From contig CAVZJB010000016.1 in assembly GCA_963775425.1 (NCBI GenBank), positions 1,216,001 to 1,280,000 of the forward strand: a DNA stretch of 64,000 bases, read 5' to 3'. Positions 8,499 to 18,587 of this stretch are shown here, piece by piece (position 1 is the first letter of the stretch; every line of letters begins with the position of its first letter). Source of the DNA: an uncultured delta proteobacterium. Lineage in GTDB: Bacteria; Myxococcota; UBA727; VGSZ01. The notes below the pieces were generated by a model. It saw only the letters and a list, made by a program, of their open reading frames with translations, was not told where the DNA came from and made no database searches. A program made the translations under genes and the position numbers.

Positions 8499-10766
8499 TC
8501 AGCCTTTTCGAGGCGCGGCGGCTGGTCCGCCGCAGGGGATGCCCGCGGTCTCATCGAGACCGAGGGCGAGGTTCATGTTCTGCACGGCCTGCGTGGCGGC
8601 GCCTTTCAGCAGGTTGTCGAGGGTGACGACGAGCGCGACCCGCGTGCCGGCTCGGTCGGCGGCGGCGCCGCCCACGCGCGCCCCGTGGGTGCCCCGCGCG
8701 TCGCGCACCTCCGGCGTCTCGCGCACGGCGTCGACAAGCGGCTCGCCTGCGCCGGGCGCGCCGTATCTGTCGACGAGACGGGCGTAGGCCTCCTCGTCGC
8801 TCATGGGCCGCGAGAGGGGCACCGACAGGGTGAGGGTGATGCCCGCGTAAAACGGTGCCACGTGCGGCATGAACGCCACCGGGCGGCCGAGGTGTCGCGC
8901 AATCTCGCGCTCGTGGGTGTGGTCGACGAGGCCGTACGGCAGCAGGTTGTCGGCGAGCCGCGCGGGGTCGTTCCTCGGCGACGGCGTGGAGCCCGCCCCC
9001 GAGTACCCCGACACCCCGAACACGGAGGGCGCAGCGGCGGCGACGTCGAGGAACGGGTCGAGGCCGAGCTGCGCGCCGGTGGCGTAGCAGCCTGGGTTGC
9101 TGATGCGCCGCGCGCCGCGCACGCGCGCGCGGTTGCGCTCGGGGAGCCCGTAGACCCAGGCATCGTCGAAGCGGTGGTCGGCGGAGAGGTCGACCACCAC
9201 GGGGCCGGCGTCGCCGACGGCGTCGAGGTACGGCGCCGACGCGCCGTTGGGTGCGGACAGGAACAACACGTCGAGCCCGGCCGCCGCGGCCTCCCCGGGG
9301 GAGGCGCGCGCGCCCTCGCCGAAGACGAGCTCGACGCCGGCGTGGCCCTCGAGGAGCTTCACGAGCTCCCGGCCGGCGGCGCCGCGGCCGCCGACGACAC
9401 CGGCGCGCACGGTCACGACCGGCGCTCCGATGGCGTGGGCCTTGAGGGTGGCCGGCATGGCCAGGGCGCGCTGGATACACGCTTCGATGACTTTGAAATC
9501 GTCGATTCCGTACCAGAACACGATCCACTTCCCTGCCTTGATGGCGCCGTCGGCGCGCTGGAAGTACCAGCCGTTCACCTCGTTGTCGACGCGGGCGCGC
9601 CAGAAGAGCTGCGGGTTCTCGTCGGCGATGCGCTGCCAGAGAGAGCCGCCGACGCCGTCGCCCTGGGCCTCGGAGGTGACCGCGAACTTGTCGAGGTAGG
9701 CGACGCCGTCCGTGCCCTCGATGGCCTCGCGCGTGAGGATGGCCGTGGCCCGATAGCTGTCCGCCAGATAGATGCGGAAGAAGGGCCTCTGGTCGAAGTA
9801 GTCGAGGTGGAGCTTGCGGCCGAAGCCGTCCTCGAGGAGCGCGCGCAGCTTCTCCCGGTCGATGCCCTCGAGCGAGTCGTGGCGGCGCACGCGCTCCCCG
9901 AGCCTGATGAGCGTGCCCGCGCCCTTGTGGGTGAACAGCTCGCGCGTGAGGTTCTCCGGCGAGGCCACCGCCGCCGACGACGACAGCGGCAGCACCTCGA
10001 GGAGCGCGCGCGCCACCTCGAGCTTCTTCTTGTGCGAAGGCGCCAGCCACTCGGCGTCGACAAGGTGCTCATAGTCCTCGACGAGGTTGACCGCGCTGAT
10101 GATGTGGCCCTCGGCGTCGCGGATGCCGTCGTCGGGGGAGAGGAACACCACCTTGAAGGGCTCGAGCGCGCGGGCGAGGGCGCCGCAGGCCTCGTCGGCG
10201 TTGACGTTGACCACCTGTCCGCTCGCCGTGAGCGCGAGGCTCGCGAGGATGGGGATCTGCTCCCCGCGCACGCTCGACTCGACGAGCTCGAGGTGCACGC
10301 CGCTGACGGTGCCGGCGTAGCCGAAGCGCTCGCGATCGATGAGCTCGGCCTCGAACACGCCGGTGGGGACGGGGCGCGCGTCGACGCCGAGCGCCTCGAG
10401 GGCGTCGGCGATGCGGAGGTTCTCGCGCTGAAAGACCCTGCGCGCGATCTCGATGCCGCGCTCGCTGACCACGCGCTCGCCGCGCTCGTTCTCGGCGGGG
10501 ACGCCGGCCTCGGCGAGCGCCGCCTTGAGCTGGGGCCCGGCGCCGTGCAGCACCACGGGCGTGAGGCCGACCTTGTCGAGGAACGCGATGGAAGACGCGA
10601 GGGCGTCGAGCTCCTGCTCCACGACGCCGCCGGAGACCTTGATGACGGCGAAGCGCTGGCGCACCGATGAAAAGAGCTTGAGGTACTGCTCGACCTCCTT
10701 GCGGGTGCCGAGGCTCTGCAGCAGCCGGACGATCAGGTCCTCGGTGCGATCCTGTGGGTCGCTCAC
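8499..10766 (-). CDS. argB-argC: Acetylglutamate kinase (AAK + NAT/DUF619 domain) in frame with N-acetyl-gamma-glutamyl-phosphate reductase
   Basis: FAVIKVSG, HGAGPQL, NVNADE, ELFTHKGAGTL, YLDKFAV, LFWRAR (Xanthomonas-type ArgB), then GGRGAAG, VDLSADHRF, SNPGCYATG, DNLLKGAATQAVQN (ArgC); GTG start overlaps the argE stop. Confidence 0.88.
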   Translation of the reverse strand: MSDPQDRTEDLIVRLLQSLGTRKEVEQYLKLFSSVRQRFAVIKVSGGVVEQELDALASSIAFLDKVGLTPVVLHGAGPQLKAALAEAGVPAENERGERVVSERGIEIARRVFQRENLRIADALEALGVDARPVPTGVFEAELIDRERFGYAGTVSGVHLELVESSVRGEQIPILASLALTASGQVVNVNADEACGALARALEPFKVVFLSPDDGIRDAEGHIISAVNLVEDYEHLVDAEWLAPSHKKKLEVARALLEVLPLSSSAAVASPENLTRELFTHKGAGTLIRLGERVRRHDSLEGIDREKLRALLEDGFGRKLHLDYFDQRPFFRIYLADSYRATAILTREAIEGTDGVAYLDKFAVTSEAQGDGVGGSLWQRIADENPQLFWRARVDNEVNGWYFQRADGAIKAGKWIVFWYGIDDFKVIEACIQRALAMPATLKAHAIGAPVVTVRAGVVGGRGAAGRELVKLLEGHAGVELVFGEGARASPGEAAAAGLDVLFLSAPNGASAPYLDAVGDAGPVVVDLSADHRFDDAWVYGLPERNRARVRGARRISNPGCYATGAQLGLDPFLDVAAAAPSVFGVSGYSGAGSTPSPRNDPARLADNLLPYGLVDHTHEREIARHLGRPVAFMPHVAPFYAGITLTLSVPLSRPMSDEEAYARLVDRYGAPGAGEPLVDAVRETPEVRDARGTHGARVGGAAADRAGTRVALVVTLDNLLKGAATQAVQNMNLALGLDETAGIPCGGPAAAPRKG

Positions 10767-11851
10767 GCGGCGCCTCCTCCCGCGACGGCGCGCGCACCGA
10801 GGACGCCGGCGTACAGGCGCTCGGCCTCCTCGAGCTGCGCGAGCTCCACCCACTCGTCGGGCGCGTGGGCCTGGGCGATGTCCCCGGGCCCGAACACGAC
10901 GGCGTTGGCCCCGGCCTCGGAGAACAGCGCCGCCTCGGTGAAGAAGTCCACCGCGGGGCCGTCGGCGAGGCCGAGCGCCCGCGCCGCCGCCCGCGCCGGC
11001 TCCGGCCCCCCGGAGGCCGGCAGCGCCGGCGCGAGGTAGCCGCGCTTCCACGTGACCCGCGACGCGTCGGGCGCGAGCGCGCAGAGCGCGTCGACGACGG
11101 CGGCGGGATCGCCGAAGGGGCGAACGCCGAACCGCAGCGTGGCGCGCTGCGCGATCATGTTGGCCTTCACGCCGCCCTCGATGGTGCCCACGTTGAGTCT
11201 GACGTCGTGGGCGCCGGCGTATTCGAGGGCGCGCGCCCCCCAGCGCACCGCCTCGTGAACGGCGCTGTCGGCGAGGGCGCGGGCGTTGGAGGCGTGGCCG
11301 GCGACCCCGTGGAACGTCCCCGTGCACGTCCCGATGCCGCGGTGCTCGACGACGGCGCGGCAGCGGGTGGGCTCGGCGACGAGCACCGTGCGCCCCTTGA
11401 CGTCGTGCTCCGCGAGGAACGTGCGCACGCAGCGGCTCGAGCCGGCCTCCTCGTCCGACGTGAGCAAGAGCTCCGCCGGCCCCTGGGTGCCGGTCGCCGC
11501 CACGAGGAAGGCGGCCAGCGCGCCCTTGATGTCGCAGGCGCCGAGCCCCACCGCGCGCCCCCCGTCCACCTGCAGCGCGTGGGCGCCGCGGCTCCAACCC
11601 ATCGCCGCAGGCACGGTGTCGACGTGGACGTTGACGAGCGGCCCGCCCTCGCCGCGCCTGAGGTGGAGCCAGGCGCAGCCGTCGCCGAGCTCCCGGACGC
11701 CGGACGTCGCCCCGGACGCGGCTGCGAACCCGCGCGCATCGAGCGCGCCCACCGCGTACGACAGGAGCGCGAGCACCCCGGCGGGAGCGCGCGGCGGGTT
11801 CTGCGTGTCGAACGCCACGAGGCGCTCGAGGTGCGCGAGCAGCGTGGTCAC
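10763..11851 (-). CDS. argE: Acetylornithine/N-acetylcitrulline deacetylase (M20 family)
   Basis: HVDTVP, GLGACDIKG, SDEEAG, AEPT, GPGDIAQAHAPDE; GTG start overlaps the argG stop. Confidence 0.92.
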   Translation of the reverse strand: MTTLLAHLERLVAFDTQNPPRAPAGVLALLSYAVGALDARGFAAASGATSGVRELGDGCAWLHLRRGEGGPLVNVHVDTVPAAMGWSRGAHALQVDGGRAVGLGACDIKGALAAFLVAATGTQGPAELLLTSDEEAGSSRCVRTFLAEHDVKGRTVLVAEPTRCRAVVEHRGIGTCTGTFHGVAGHASNARALADSAVHEAVRWGARALEYAGAHDVRLNVGTIEGGVKANMIAQRATLRFGVRPFGDPAAVVDALCALAPDASRVTWKRGYLAPALPASGGPEPARAAARALGLADGPAVDFFTEAALFSEAGANAVVFGPGDIAQAHAPDEWVELAQLEEAERLYAGVLGARAVAGGGAA

Positions 11852-13062
11852 CGCGGGCGCGCCTTCGGGTTCACGCGCGCCGACAGCGTCGACGACATCC
11901 CGTACAGGAGGATGAAGCCCTCGGCCTCCGCCGCCCCCCAGTCCGCGGACTGGGCGTAGACCGCGCCCTGCTTCTTCAGGATGTGGTCGGAGCGCAGCTC
12001 GACGGGGAGGACGCTGCCGCCCCAGGTCTCGAGCACCACCTCGCCCGTGACGAATTGCTGCGACGAGCGCAACAGCGCCTCGAGGTCGTCCTTCAAGGGC
12101 TCGTAGAAGAAGCCCTTGTAGACGAGCTCCACCCACTTCTTTGCTACCACAGGTTTGAAACTGTTCTGCTGGGCGGACAAGACGCCCTCCTCGAGCGCCC
12201 GGTGGGCCGTCAACAGCGCCATGAGCCCCGGGCACTCGAAGACGATGCGTCCCTTGAGGCCGATGGTGGTGTCACCGGTGTAGATGCCGCGGCCGACGCC
12301 GTACGCGCCGAACATCTCGTTCAAGGCCTGGAGCATCGCCGGGCCGTCCATGGACTGTCCGTCGAGCGACACGGGCCTGCCGGCCTCGAAGCCGAGGGTG
12401 GCGCGCAACGGGCTCCGAGGCCACCGGGTCGGGTGCGCGCACAAGGTCCACGTGTCGTCGTCGGGCGCCTTGAGATCGTCGATCTCCGAGCCCGACGCGG
12501 TCACGCCGAGGAGGTTGGCGTTGATGCTGTACTTGCCGGTCTTTTCGCGCACCGGGAAGCCGCGCTCCTCGAGGTACCGCTGCTCGAAGGCGCGCACGGC
12601 GTCGTGCTCCTTCTGGATCTCGCGGATGGGCGCCACGATGGTGTAGTCGCCCAGGGACCGCACCGACTGATCGAAGCGCACCTGGTCGTTGCCCATGCCC
12701 GTGCAGCCATGAGCGAACACGCGGGTGCCGTGGCGGTCGCACAGGCGCAGGGCGCGCTCGACGATGACGTAGCGGTCGCTCACCAGGAGCGGGTACACGT
12801 CCTGGTAGGTCTGACCGCCCATGACGAGCGGCACCACAACCTGCTCCCAGACGTCCTTTGACCCGTCCTCGGTGACGTGCTCGACGGCCCCGAGGCTCCT
12901 GGCGCGCTCCTCGATGTACCTCTTCTCCTCGGCGTCGGCGGCGCCGGTGTCGACGAAGCACGTGACGACGTCGTAGCCCTTGTCCTTGAGCCACGGAACG
13001 CAGAAGCTCGTGTCGAGCCCCCCGGAAAACGCCAGCACCACCTTCTGTTTCGTCGTCGTCAT
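11848..13062 (-). CDS. argG: Argininosuccinate synthase
   Basis: VLAFSGGLDTS, HGCTGMGNDQVRF, GLKGRIVFECP; ATG overlaps the argF' stop. Confidence 0.95.
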   Translation of the reverse strand: MTTTKQKVVLAFSGGLDTSFCVPWLKDKGYDVVTCFVDTGAADAEEKRYIEERARSLGAVEHVTEDGSKDVWEQVVVPLVMGGQTYQDVYPLLVSDRYVIVERALRLCDRHGTRVFAHGCTGMGNDQVRFDQSVRSLGDYTIVAPIREIQKEHDAVRAFEQRYLEERGFPVREKTGKYSINANLLGVTASGSEIDDLKAPDDDTWTLCAHPTRWPRSPLRATLGFEAGRPVSLDGQSMDGPAMLQALNEMFGAYGVGRGIYTGDTTIGLKGRIVFECPGLMALLTAHRALEEGVLSAQQNSFKPVVAKKWVELVYKGFFYEPLKDDLEALLRSSQQFVTGEVVLETWGGSVLPVELRSDHILKKQGAVYAQSADWGAAEAEGFILLYGMSSTLSARVNPKARPR

Positions 13063-14048
13063 CGCACCAATCTCCTCAAGAGCGCCTTTTGCACATGCAG
13101 GCGGTTGTCCGCCTCGTCGATGTGGATGGCCGCCGGTGAGTCGAGCACCTCGTCGGTGACCTTGACGTTTCTGCGCACCGGCAGGCAGTGCGAGAACACC
13201 GCGCCCGGCTTGGCCAGCGCCATCTTGTCGGCGTCGACCATGAAGTGCTTGTGGGCCTCGCGGATGGGCTTCTCCTCGTCCCAGCGCCCGAAGTACGGCA
13301 GGGCGCCCCAGCTCTTGGCGTACACGACGTCGGCGCCGGCGTAGCCGTCCTTGATGTCGTGGGTGACGCGGACGCGGTCGGCGGCGGCGCTCATGTAGCG
13401 CTCGTCGAGGACGTAGTCGGGCGTGGGGCACAGCAAGGTGACGTCCATGCCGAACTTGGCGGCGATGATGACCGCCGAGTTGGCGACGGCGGTGTTGAGC
13501 GGGCGCGGGTGGTACGTCCAGGTCAGCGTGAGCTTCTTCCCGTCCACGGAGCCGAAGCGCTCCTGGAGCGCGAGCATCAACGCGAGCTCCTGGCAGGGGT
13601 GCGTGATGGTCTCCATGTTGATGACGGGGACAGTGGCAAAGCGGGCGAAGGAGCGAAGCACGCGATCTTCGCGGTCTTCCTCCCAGCGCTGGAACTTCGG
13701 AAAGGCGCGCACGGCGATGACGTCGACCCAGCGCGACAGCACGCGCGCGACCTCCTTGACGTGCTCCTCGGCCTCGCCGTCCATGACGGCGCCGTCGTCG
13801 AAGGAGATGGGCCAGGCGCCCTTGCCCGGCTCGAGCACGATGGCCTTGCCGCCGAGCTGGTGGACGCCAAGCTCGAAGCTGGTGCGGGTGCGCAGCGACG
13901 GGTTGAAGAACAGGAGCGCGACCGACTTGCCGGCGAGGTCGGCGGACGCAGGTTCCGCCTTCAAGGCGCGCGCGTCGTCGAGGATCTGCTGAAGCTCGAC
14001 GCGAGACCAGTCGAGGGTGGTGAGGAAGTGCTGCAAGGCTCCGGGCAT
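13059..14048 (-). CDS. argF': N-acetylornithine carbamoyltransferase (AOTCase)
   Basis: FFNPSLRTRTSF, EEHVKEVARVL, NMETITHPCQE, TWTYHPRPLNTAV, HCLPVRRNVK, typical of the acetylornithine-type enzyme. Confidence 0.92.
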   Translation of the reverse strand: MPGALQHFLTTLDWSRVELQQILDDARALKAEPASADLAGKSVALLFFNPSLRTRTSFELGVHQLGGKAIVLEPGKGAWPISFDDGAVMDGEAEEHVKEVARVLSRWVDVIAVRAFPKFQRWEEDREDRVLRSFARFATVPVINMETITHPCQELALMLALQERFGSVDGKKLTLTWTYHPRPLNTAVANSAVIIAAKFGMDVTLLCPTPDYVLDERYMSAAADRVRVTHDIKDGYAGADVVYAKSWGALPYFGRWDEEKPIREAHKHFMVDADKMALAKPGAVFSHCLPVRRNVKVTDEVLDSPAAIHIDEADNRLHVQKALLRRLVR

Positions 14049-14117
14049 GCCTCCTGATGACGCAGATCGATAAGCAGCGCTAGAGGCGGGTCAGCGGCCG
14101 GGGTAGGCTCGCCGGCC

Positions 14118-14612
14118 ATGAGCCGAAGCCTTGCCGCCGTCCTCGTCGCCATGGTCGTCGCCACCGGGCTGTACAGCGCCGGTGCGCGGGCCGCGCGCGC
14201 CGTCATCGTCATCCGTCACGCAGAGAAGGAGCGAGACGCGGGCAAGGACCCCGACCTGAGCATCACCGGCGAGGATCGCGCTCTTTCGCTCACCACGTTC
14301 CTCCACCACGACAAGATCGACGCCATCTACGTCACCGAATACAAGCGGACGCAGAAGACGGCGGCCGCTTTGGCGGAGCTCAAGGGCGTGAAGCCCGTGG
14401 TGGTGAAGGCCGGCGACACCAAAGGGCTGGTGGCGAAGATCGCGGCGCTGCCCAAGGATGCCGTGGTGGTGGTGGTCGGCCACTCGAACACGGTGCCGGA
14501 GATCCTCGCCGCCCTCGGCGTCAAGGACAAGGTCAGCCTCCGGGAGAACGAGTACAACCGCGTCTTCGTCGTCACCCCGAAGGACGGCGGCCTGCTCGAG
14601 TTCACGTACTGA
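14118..14612 (+). CDS. Exported histidine phosphatase (phosphoglycerate mutase/SixA-like)
   Basis: Signal peptide, IRHAEK, KRTQKTA and VGHSNTVP motifs. Confidence 0.8.
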   Translation: MSRSLAAVLVAMVVATGLYSAGARAARAVIVIRHAEKERDAGKDPDLSITGEDRALSLTTFLHHDKIDAIYVTEYKRTQKTAAALAELKGVKPVVVKAGDTKGLVAKIAALPKDAVVVVVGHSNTVPEILAALGVKDKVSLRENEYNRVFVVTPKDGGLLEFTY

Positions 14613-14625
14613 GCGGCCCGGCGGC

Positions 14626-14681
14626 GGAATTCGCGGCGGCGACGTCGTCATGAAGCACGACGTCGTCCCGCCGCGAATTCC
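14626..14681. terminator. Long hairpin between convergent genes, probable bidirectional terminator or RNA-stabilising stem
   Basis: GGAATTCGCGGCGG...CCGCCGCGAATTCC perfect 14-bp outer arms plus an inner CGACGTCGT/ACGACGTCG stem; no U-tract. Confidence 0.55.
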
Positions 14682-14690
14682 CTGACGCGC

Positions 14691-14963
14691 TCAGTTCGGC
14701 TTGGCGCCGCAGCTGCCTTCGCCGCAGCTGCCTTCGCCGGCCTTGGCGCCCGCGTCGCCGGAGGCGGCGTCGTCCTTGGCCTTGTCGCCGCCGCAGCTCC
14801 CTTCCTTGGCCTTGTCGCCGCCGCAGCTGCCCTCGGCGGGCTTGGCGGCGGCCGCGTCGGACGAGGTGGGGGCGGCGTCCGGCTTGGCGGAGCTCGAGGC
14901 GCAGCCGATGGTGCTGATCATGAGGGCGGTACCGACGGTCGCGAGCAGGGTGGTCTTCTTCAT
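14691..14963 (-). CDS. Small lipoprotein with four EGSCG repeats; resembles HvfA-type (EGKCG) MNIO-modified RiPP/metallophore precursors
   Basis: MKKTTLLA...STIGC signal and lipobox; EGSCG x4; GGAG RBS. Confidence 0.72.
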   Translation of the reverse strand: MKKTTLLATVGTALMISTIGCASSSAKPDAAPTSSDAAAAKPAEGSCGGDKAKEGSCGGDKAKDDAASGDAGAKAGEGSCGEGSCGAKPN

Positions 14964-15047
14964 CGATCTTCTCCGTGGGGGTCTGCGGGTGGATTACGGC
15001 GCAAGACGCCCCGCGGTTGCAGGGATAGCACGAGATCCGGGGGCCCC

Positions 15048-17496
15048 TCAGGCGAGGGTCACAACGGTCCAACTGTCGCCGCCCTCGTCGGCGTCGGCGG
15101 CGGCGGCGCGTGCGACGTAGCGGCTGGTGGCCAGCGCCCCGCGGATCTGCTTCTTCAGCGCGCCGCTGCCGTGGCCGTGGAGGATGTAGCCCCGTGTACG
15201 CCCGTCGCGCAGCAGCCGGTCCAGGAAGGCGTCCACCAGCTCCACGGCCTCTTCGCCGCGCCGGCCGCGCACGTCGAGGGTGTTGTCGGCGGTGCGCGGC
15301 TCCGTCGGCGAGCCCGACGGCGCCGCCTGCTTGGGCGGCTCGCTCCTTCCGGACGACTTGCGCTCGGGCTCCGGGGAGCGGAGCTGATCGACGGTGGAGC
15401 GCATCTTGACCGCGCCGCGGGCGACGAGGACGTCGTCGCCGTCCACCTCGAGCACCGTCACCCGGCTGCCGGGGAGGCTCGACAGCTCGACGAGGTCGCC
15501 CACCTTCACCGACACGGGCCGCGTGCGCTCCGCGCGCGGCGGCGGCGCGTCCACGTCGGCGCGCGCCTGCGACTCGAGCGCCCGCAGCTCCTGGCTGGCC
15601 TTGTTGATCGCGCGCGCGTCGCCGCCCTTGGTCACCTCGATGGCCTCCGCCACCGCCTTGCGCGCCTCCTTGAGCTCGTCGAGGAAGGCGCGCTTGCCCT
15701 CCTTGCGCAGCCGGGCGGCCTCCCGCTCGACGTCCGCAAGCTTGCGCTCGAATCTTCTGGGACTCCGCCTCGAGCTTCTGCCGCGCGGCCTCGGCGTCGT
15801 CGAGCTTGGCCTGCAGCGCGCTCTTCTGCTCCGACAGCGTGCGCAGCACGGTCTGGAGCTCCTTTTCGTCCGGCGACAGGAGCGCCTCCGCGCGCTCGAT
15901 GACGGCGGGCGGGAGGCCGAAGCGGCGGGCGGCGTCGAACGCGTTGGACGCCCCGGCCTGGTCGAGGACGACGTGGAACGTGGGCCGGCCGGCGGCGTCG
16001 AGGGCGACGGACGCGTTCCTGAAGCGGGCACCCTCGGGCTTGTCGGCGTCGAGGACGCCGAGCACCTTGAGCCGCTCGTAGTGGGTGGTGGCGATGACAA
16101 ACGCGCCCATCTCCACCACGTGCTCGAGGGTCGCCTGCGCGAGCGCGGCGCCCTGCGCCGGATCGGTCCCCGCGAGGAGCTCGTCGAGCAGACAGAGCAC
16201 GGGGCCGCGGTCCACCTGCCCCGCGATCTCCTCGAGGATGCCGCGCAGGATGACGAGGTGCCCCGAGAAGCTCGACAGCGCGCCCTCGAGGCTCTGCGCG
16301 TCGCCGATGGAGACGGACACGGACGAAAACGCGGGGATGACGCTCCCGTCGCCGACCGGCGCGGGGAGGCCCGCGCGCGCGAGCAGGGCCACGAGGCCCG
16401 CCGTCTTCAAAGCGACCGTCTTCCCGCCGGCGTTGGGGCCGGAGATGACGAGCGCGCGGGCGGCGCCGAAGGCGATGTCGTTGCCGATGACGCGGCCGGC
16501 GGCGCGGCCCGCGCGCAGGGCCTCGTCGTGCAGGAGCTCGAGCAGCGGGTGGCGCGCGTTCTTCAGCGAGAGCATCCGCCCGGTGGGATCGATCTCGGCG
16601 CGACGGCCGTCGACGCGGGCGGCGAAGGTGCCCCGCGCGAAGGCGGCCTCGATGCGGCCCGCGCGGGCGAGGTCCGCGAGCAGGCGGCCGCCGAGCTCGG
16701 CCACCTCGAGGCTCAGCTCACGCAGGATGCGCTGCTCCTCCTGCTCGACGTCGGCGCGGGCGATCTTGATGCGGTTGCCGAGCTGGAGCAGCGCGCGCGG
16801 CTCCACGTAGACGGTCTGGTTGGTCTGCGACGCGTCGTGGACGATGCCCTCGACGCGCGCCTGGAACTCGGACTTCACGGGCAACACGTAGCGGTCGTTG
16901 CGCACCGTGAAGTTGCGGTCGCGCAGCAGCCCGGACTCGTCGAGGTCCCGCACGAGCGCCGTGAGCTGATCCTGCGCCTCGGCGCGCAGCGCGCGCACCT
17001 TCTGCCGGAGCGCGAGCAGCTCCGGCGAGGCGTCGTCGGTCATCTGCCCCTGCTCGTCGAACGAGCGCAGCACGCGTTTGACGAAGCGCCGATCGTCGTC
17101 GATCTGCGCGCCCACGACGACGAGGCGCGGCGCGCTCTCGGCCTGGAAGGTGACGACGTCGTGCAGGCGAGCGAGCGCGTCGAGGGTCTTGGCGACGTCG
17201 ACGATGTCGATGGCCCCGAGCACCACCCCCTTGCCGGCGGCGTCGATGACGTGGCGCACGTCGTGGATGCCGCCGAAGTCCGGGGCGACCTTGCGCTCCA
17301 CCGCCGCCCGCGCCTCGAGCGCCTCTTCGAGCCGTGCGTGCACGGCGTCGAGCGAGGTGGGGAACGGATCGTCCTGCAAGGCGAGGAGGCCGAAGGGGGT
17401 CTTGCACGTAGACGCGAGCACCTCCTGGACCTCGGTGAAGCCGAGGTCACGCGCGGCGCGCGCGGACAGGTGCAGGGCGACGAGCTCGCTGCTCAT
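15048..17496 (-). CDS. mutS2: MutS2 with C-terminal Smr domain; one apparent +1 frameshift at ~15752
   Basis: RNDRYVLPVK, GIVHDASQTNQT, ARHPLL, ISGPNAGGKT, LDELLAGTDP, ATTHY in one frame; LDVRG and ILHGHGSGALK (Smr) in another; removing one base at GAATC 15750-15754 joins them. Confidence 0.9.
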
Positions 17497-17631
17497 GGGG
17501 CACATCCTCGCCCACACCGTCGTCGTGGAGAAGCCCCCTTCGGAGCGCGTTCGAACCGCCGAGCTCGCCAAGCGGCCGCGGAAGGGCGCGCGCGGCTCGC
17601 GCCGGGACGATCGATCTGCGAAAACCGCGCT

Positions 17632-18480
17632 GTGCGCCGCTTGCACCGCCCGCCCCTGCTCGTCGTCGCCGCGCTGGCGTCGCTGGCGGCGTTCGCCGCG
17701 GGGTGCGCGTCGGCGCCGCCGCCGCATCGCACGCACCTCGGCGCGGTGCTCGACCTCCCCGGCGACGACGTCGAGCTGGCCCCGGCCCCCGAGGAGGGCC
17801 GCACCGACGATGATCGCGCGCGGGCGAAGCAATTGCTGGCGGACGGCGCGCGCCTGCGCGATCAGGGCGACCTCGCCGGCTCGCAAAAGGCGCTCGAGCA
17901 GGCGCTGCAGCTCGACGCGAGCCTCGCGCGCGCACACGTCGAGTGGGCCCTCACCTCCGAGGGGCTCGGCGTCGACCCCGCCCTCGTCGCCGCGCACTAT
18001 CAGCTCGGTGCGCGCCTCGCGCCCGACGACGCGCGCGCCCAGACGCTGGCGGCGTCGTGGGCCGAGCGCCACGGCGACGTCACGCGCGCCCTCGAAGGCT
18101 ACGACCGCGCGATCGCCGCCGATCCGCGCTCCGTCGAGGCGCTGTGCCGAAAGGCCGGGCTCCTGCTCACGCGCGGCGACCCGGCCGCCGCCGTCACGTC
18201 GTACGAGCGCGCGCTCGCCGTCGACGATCAATCCGTCCCCGCGCTCATGGGGCTGGCGCACGCGGCCGAGGTGGCCGGCGACGCCGACAAGGCGGAGCAC
18301 GCGCTGCGCAGCCTCGTCACCCGGTTCCCCACGGCGACGATCTACCGCTCGCGGCTCATCGAGCTGTTCCATCGCACCGGGCAGACCGCCAAGGCGAGGG
18401 CGGCGCAGCGCGAGCTGGACAAGCTCCTGCCGAAGGACACGCGCCACCTCCGCAAGCTGCGCAAGCGCCGCCGGCACTGA
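17632..18480 (+). CDS. TPR-repeat lipoprotein
   Basis: Hydrophobic signal with FAAGC lipobox; TPR-like repeats (ALEQALQLDAS, YDRAIAADP, YERALAVD). Confidence 0.78.
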   Translation: MRRLHRPPLLVVAALASLAAFAAGCASAPPPHRTHLGAVLDLPGDDVELAPAPEEGRTDDDRARAKQLLADGARLRDQGDLAGSQKALEQALQLDASLARAHVEWALTSEGLGVDPALVAAHYQLGARLAPDDARAQTLAASWAERHGDVTRALEGYDRAIAADPRSVEALCRKAGLLLTRGDPAAAVTSYERALAVDDQSVPALMGLAHAAEVAGDADKAEHALRSLVTRFPTATIYRSRLIELFHRTGQTAKARAAQRELDKLLPKDTRHLRKLRKRRRH

Positions 18481-18587
18481 CCCGGCGGCGGCGTGGGGCA
18501 ATGCGCCGCAGTGACGACGTCGATCACGCGCGCTCCGGGTGAAATCACCCGGATCGCGCAGGCGGTAGGCGGACGTAGGACGCTTCG

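Noticed and set aside
15048-17496. mutS2 (and the hybrid kinase at 52694-54278) as true pseudogenes
   Set aside because: Each has a single identical-context indel and otherwise intact motifs, which fits sequencing error better
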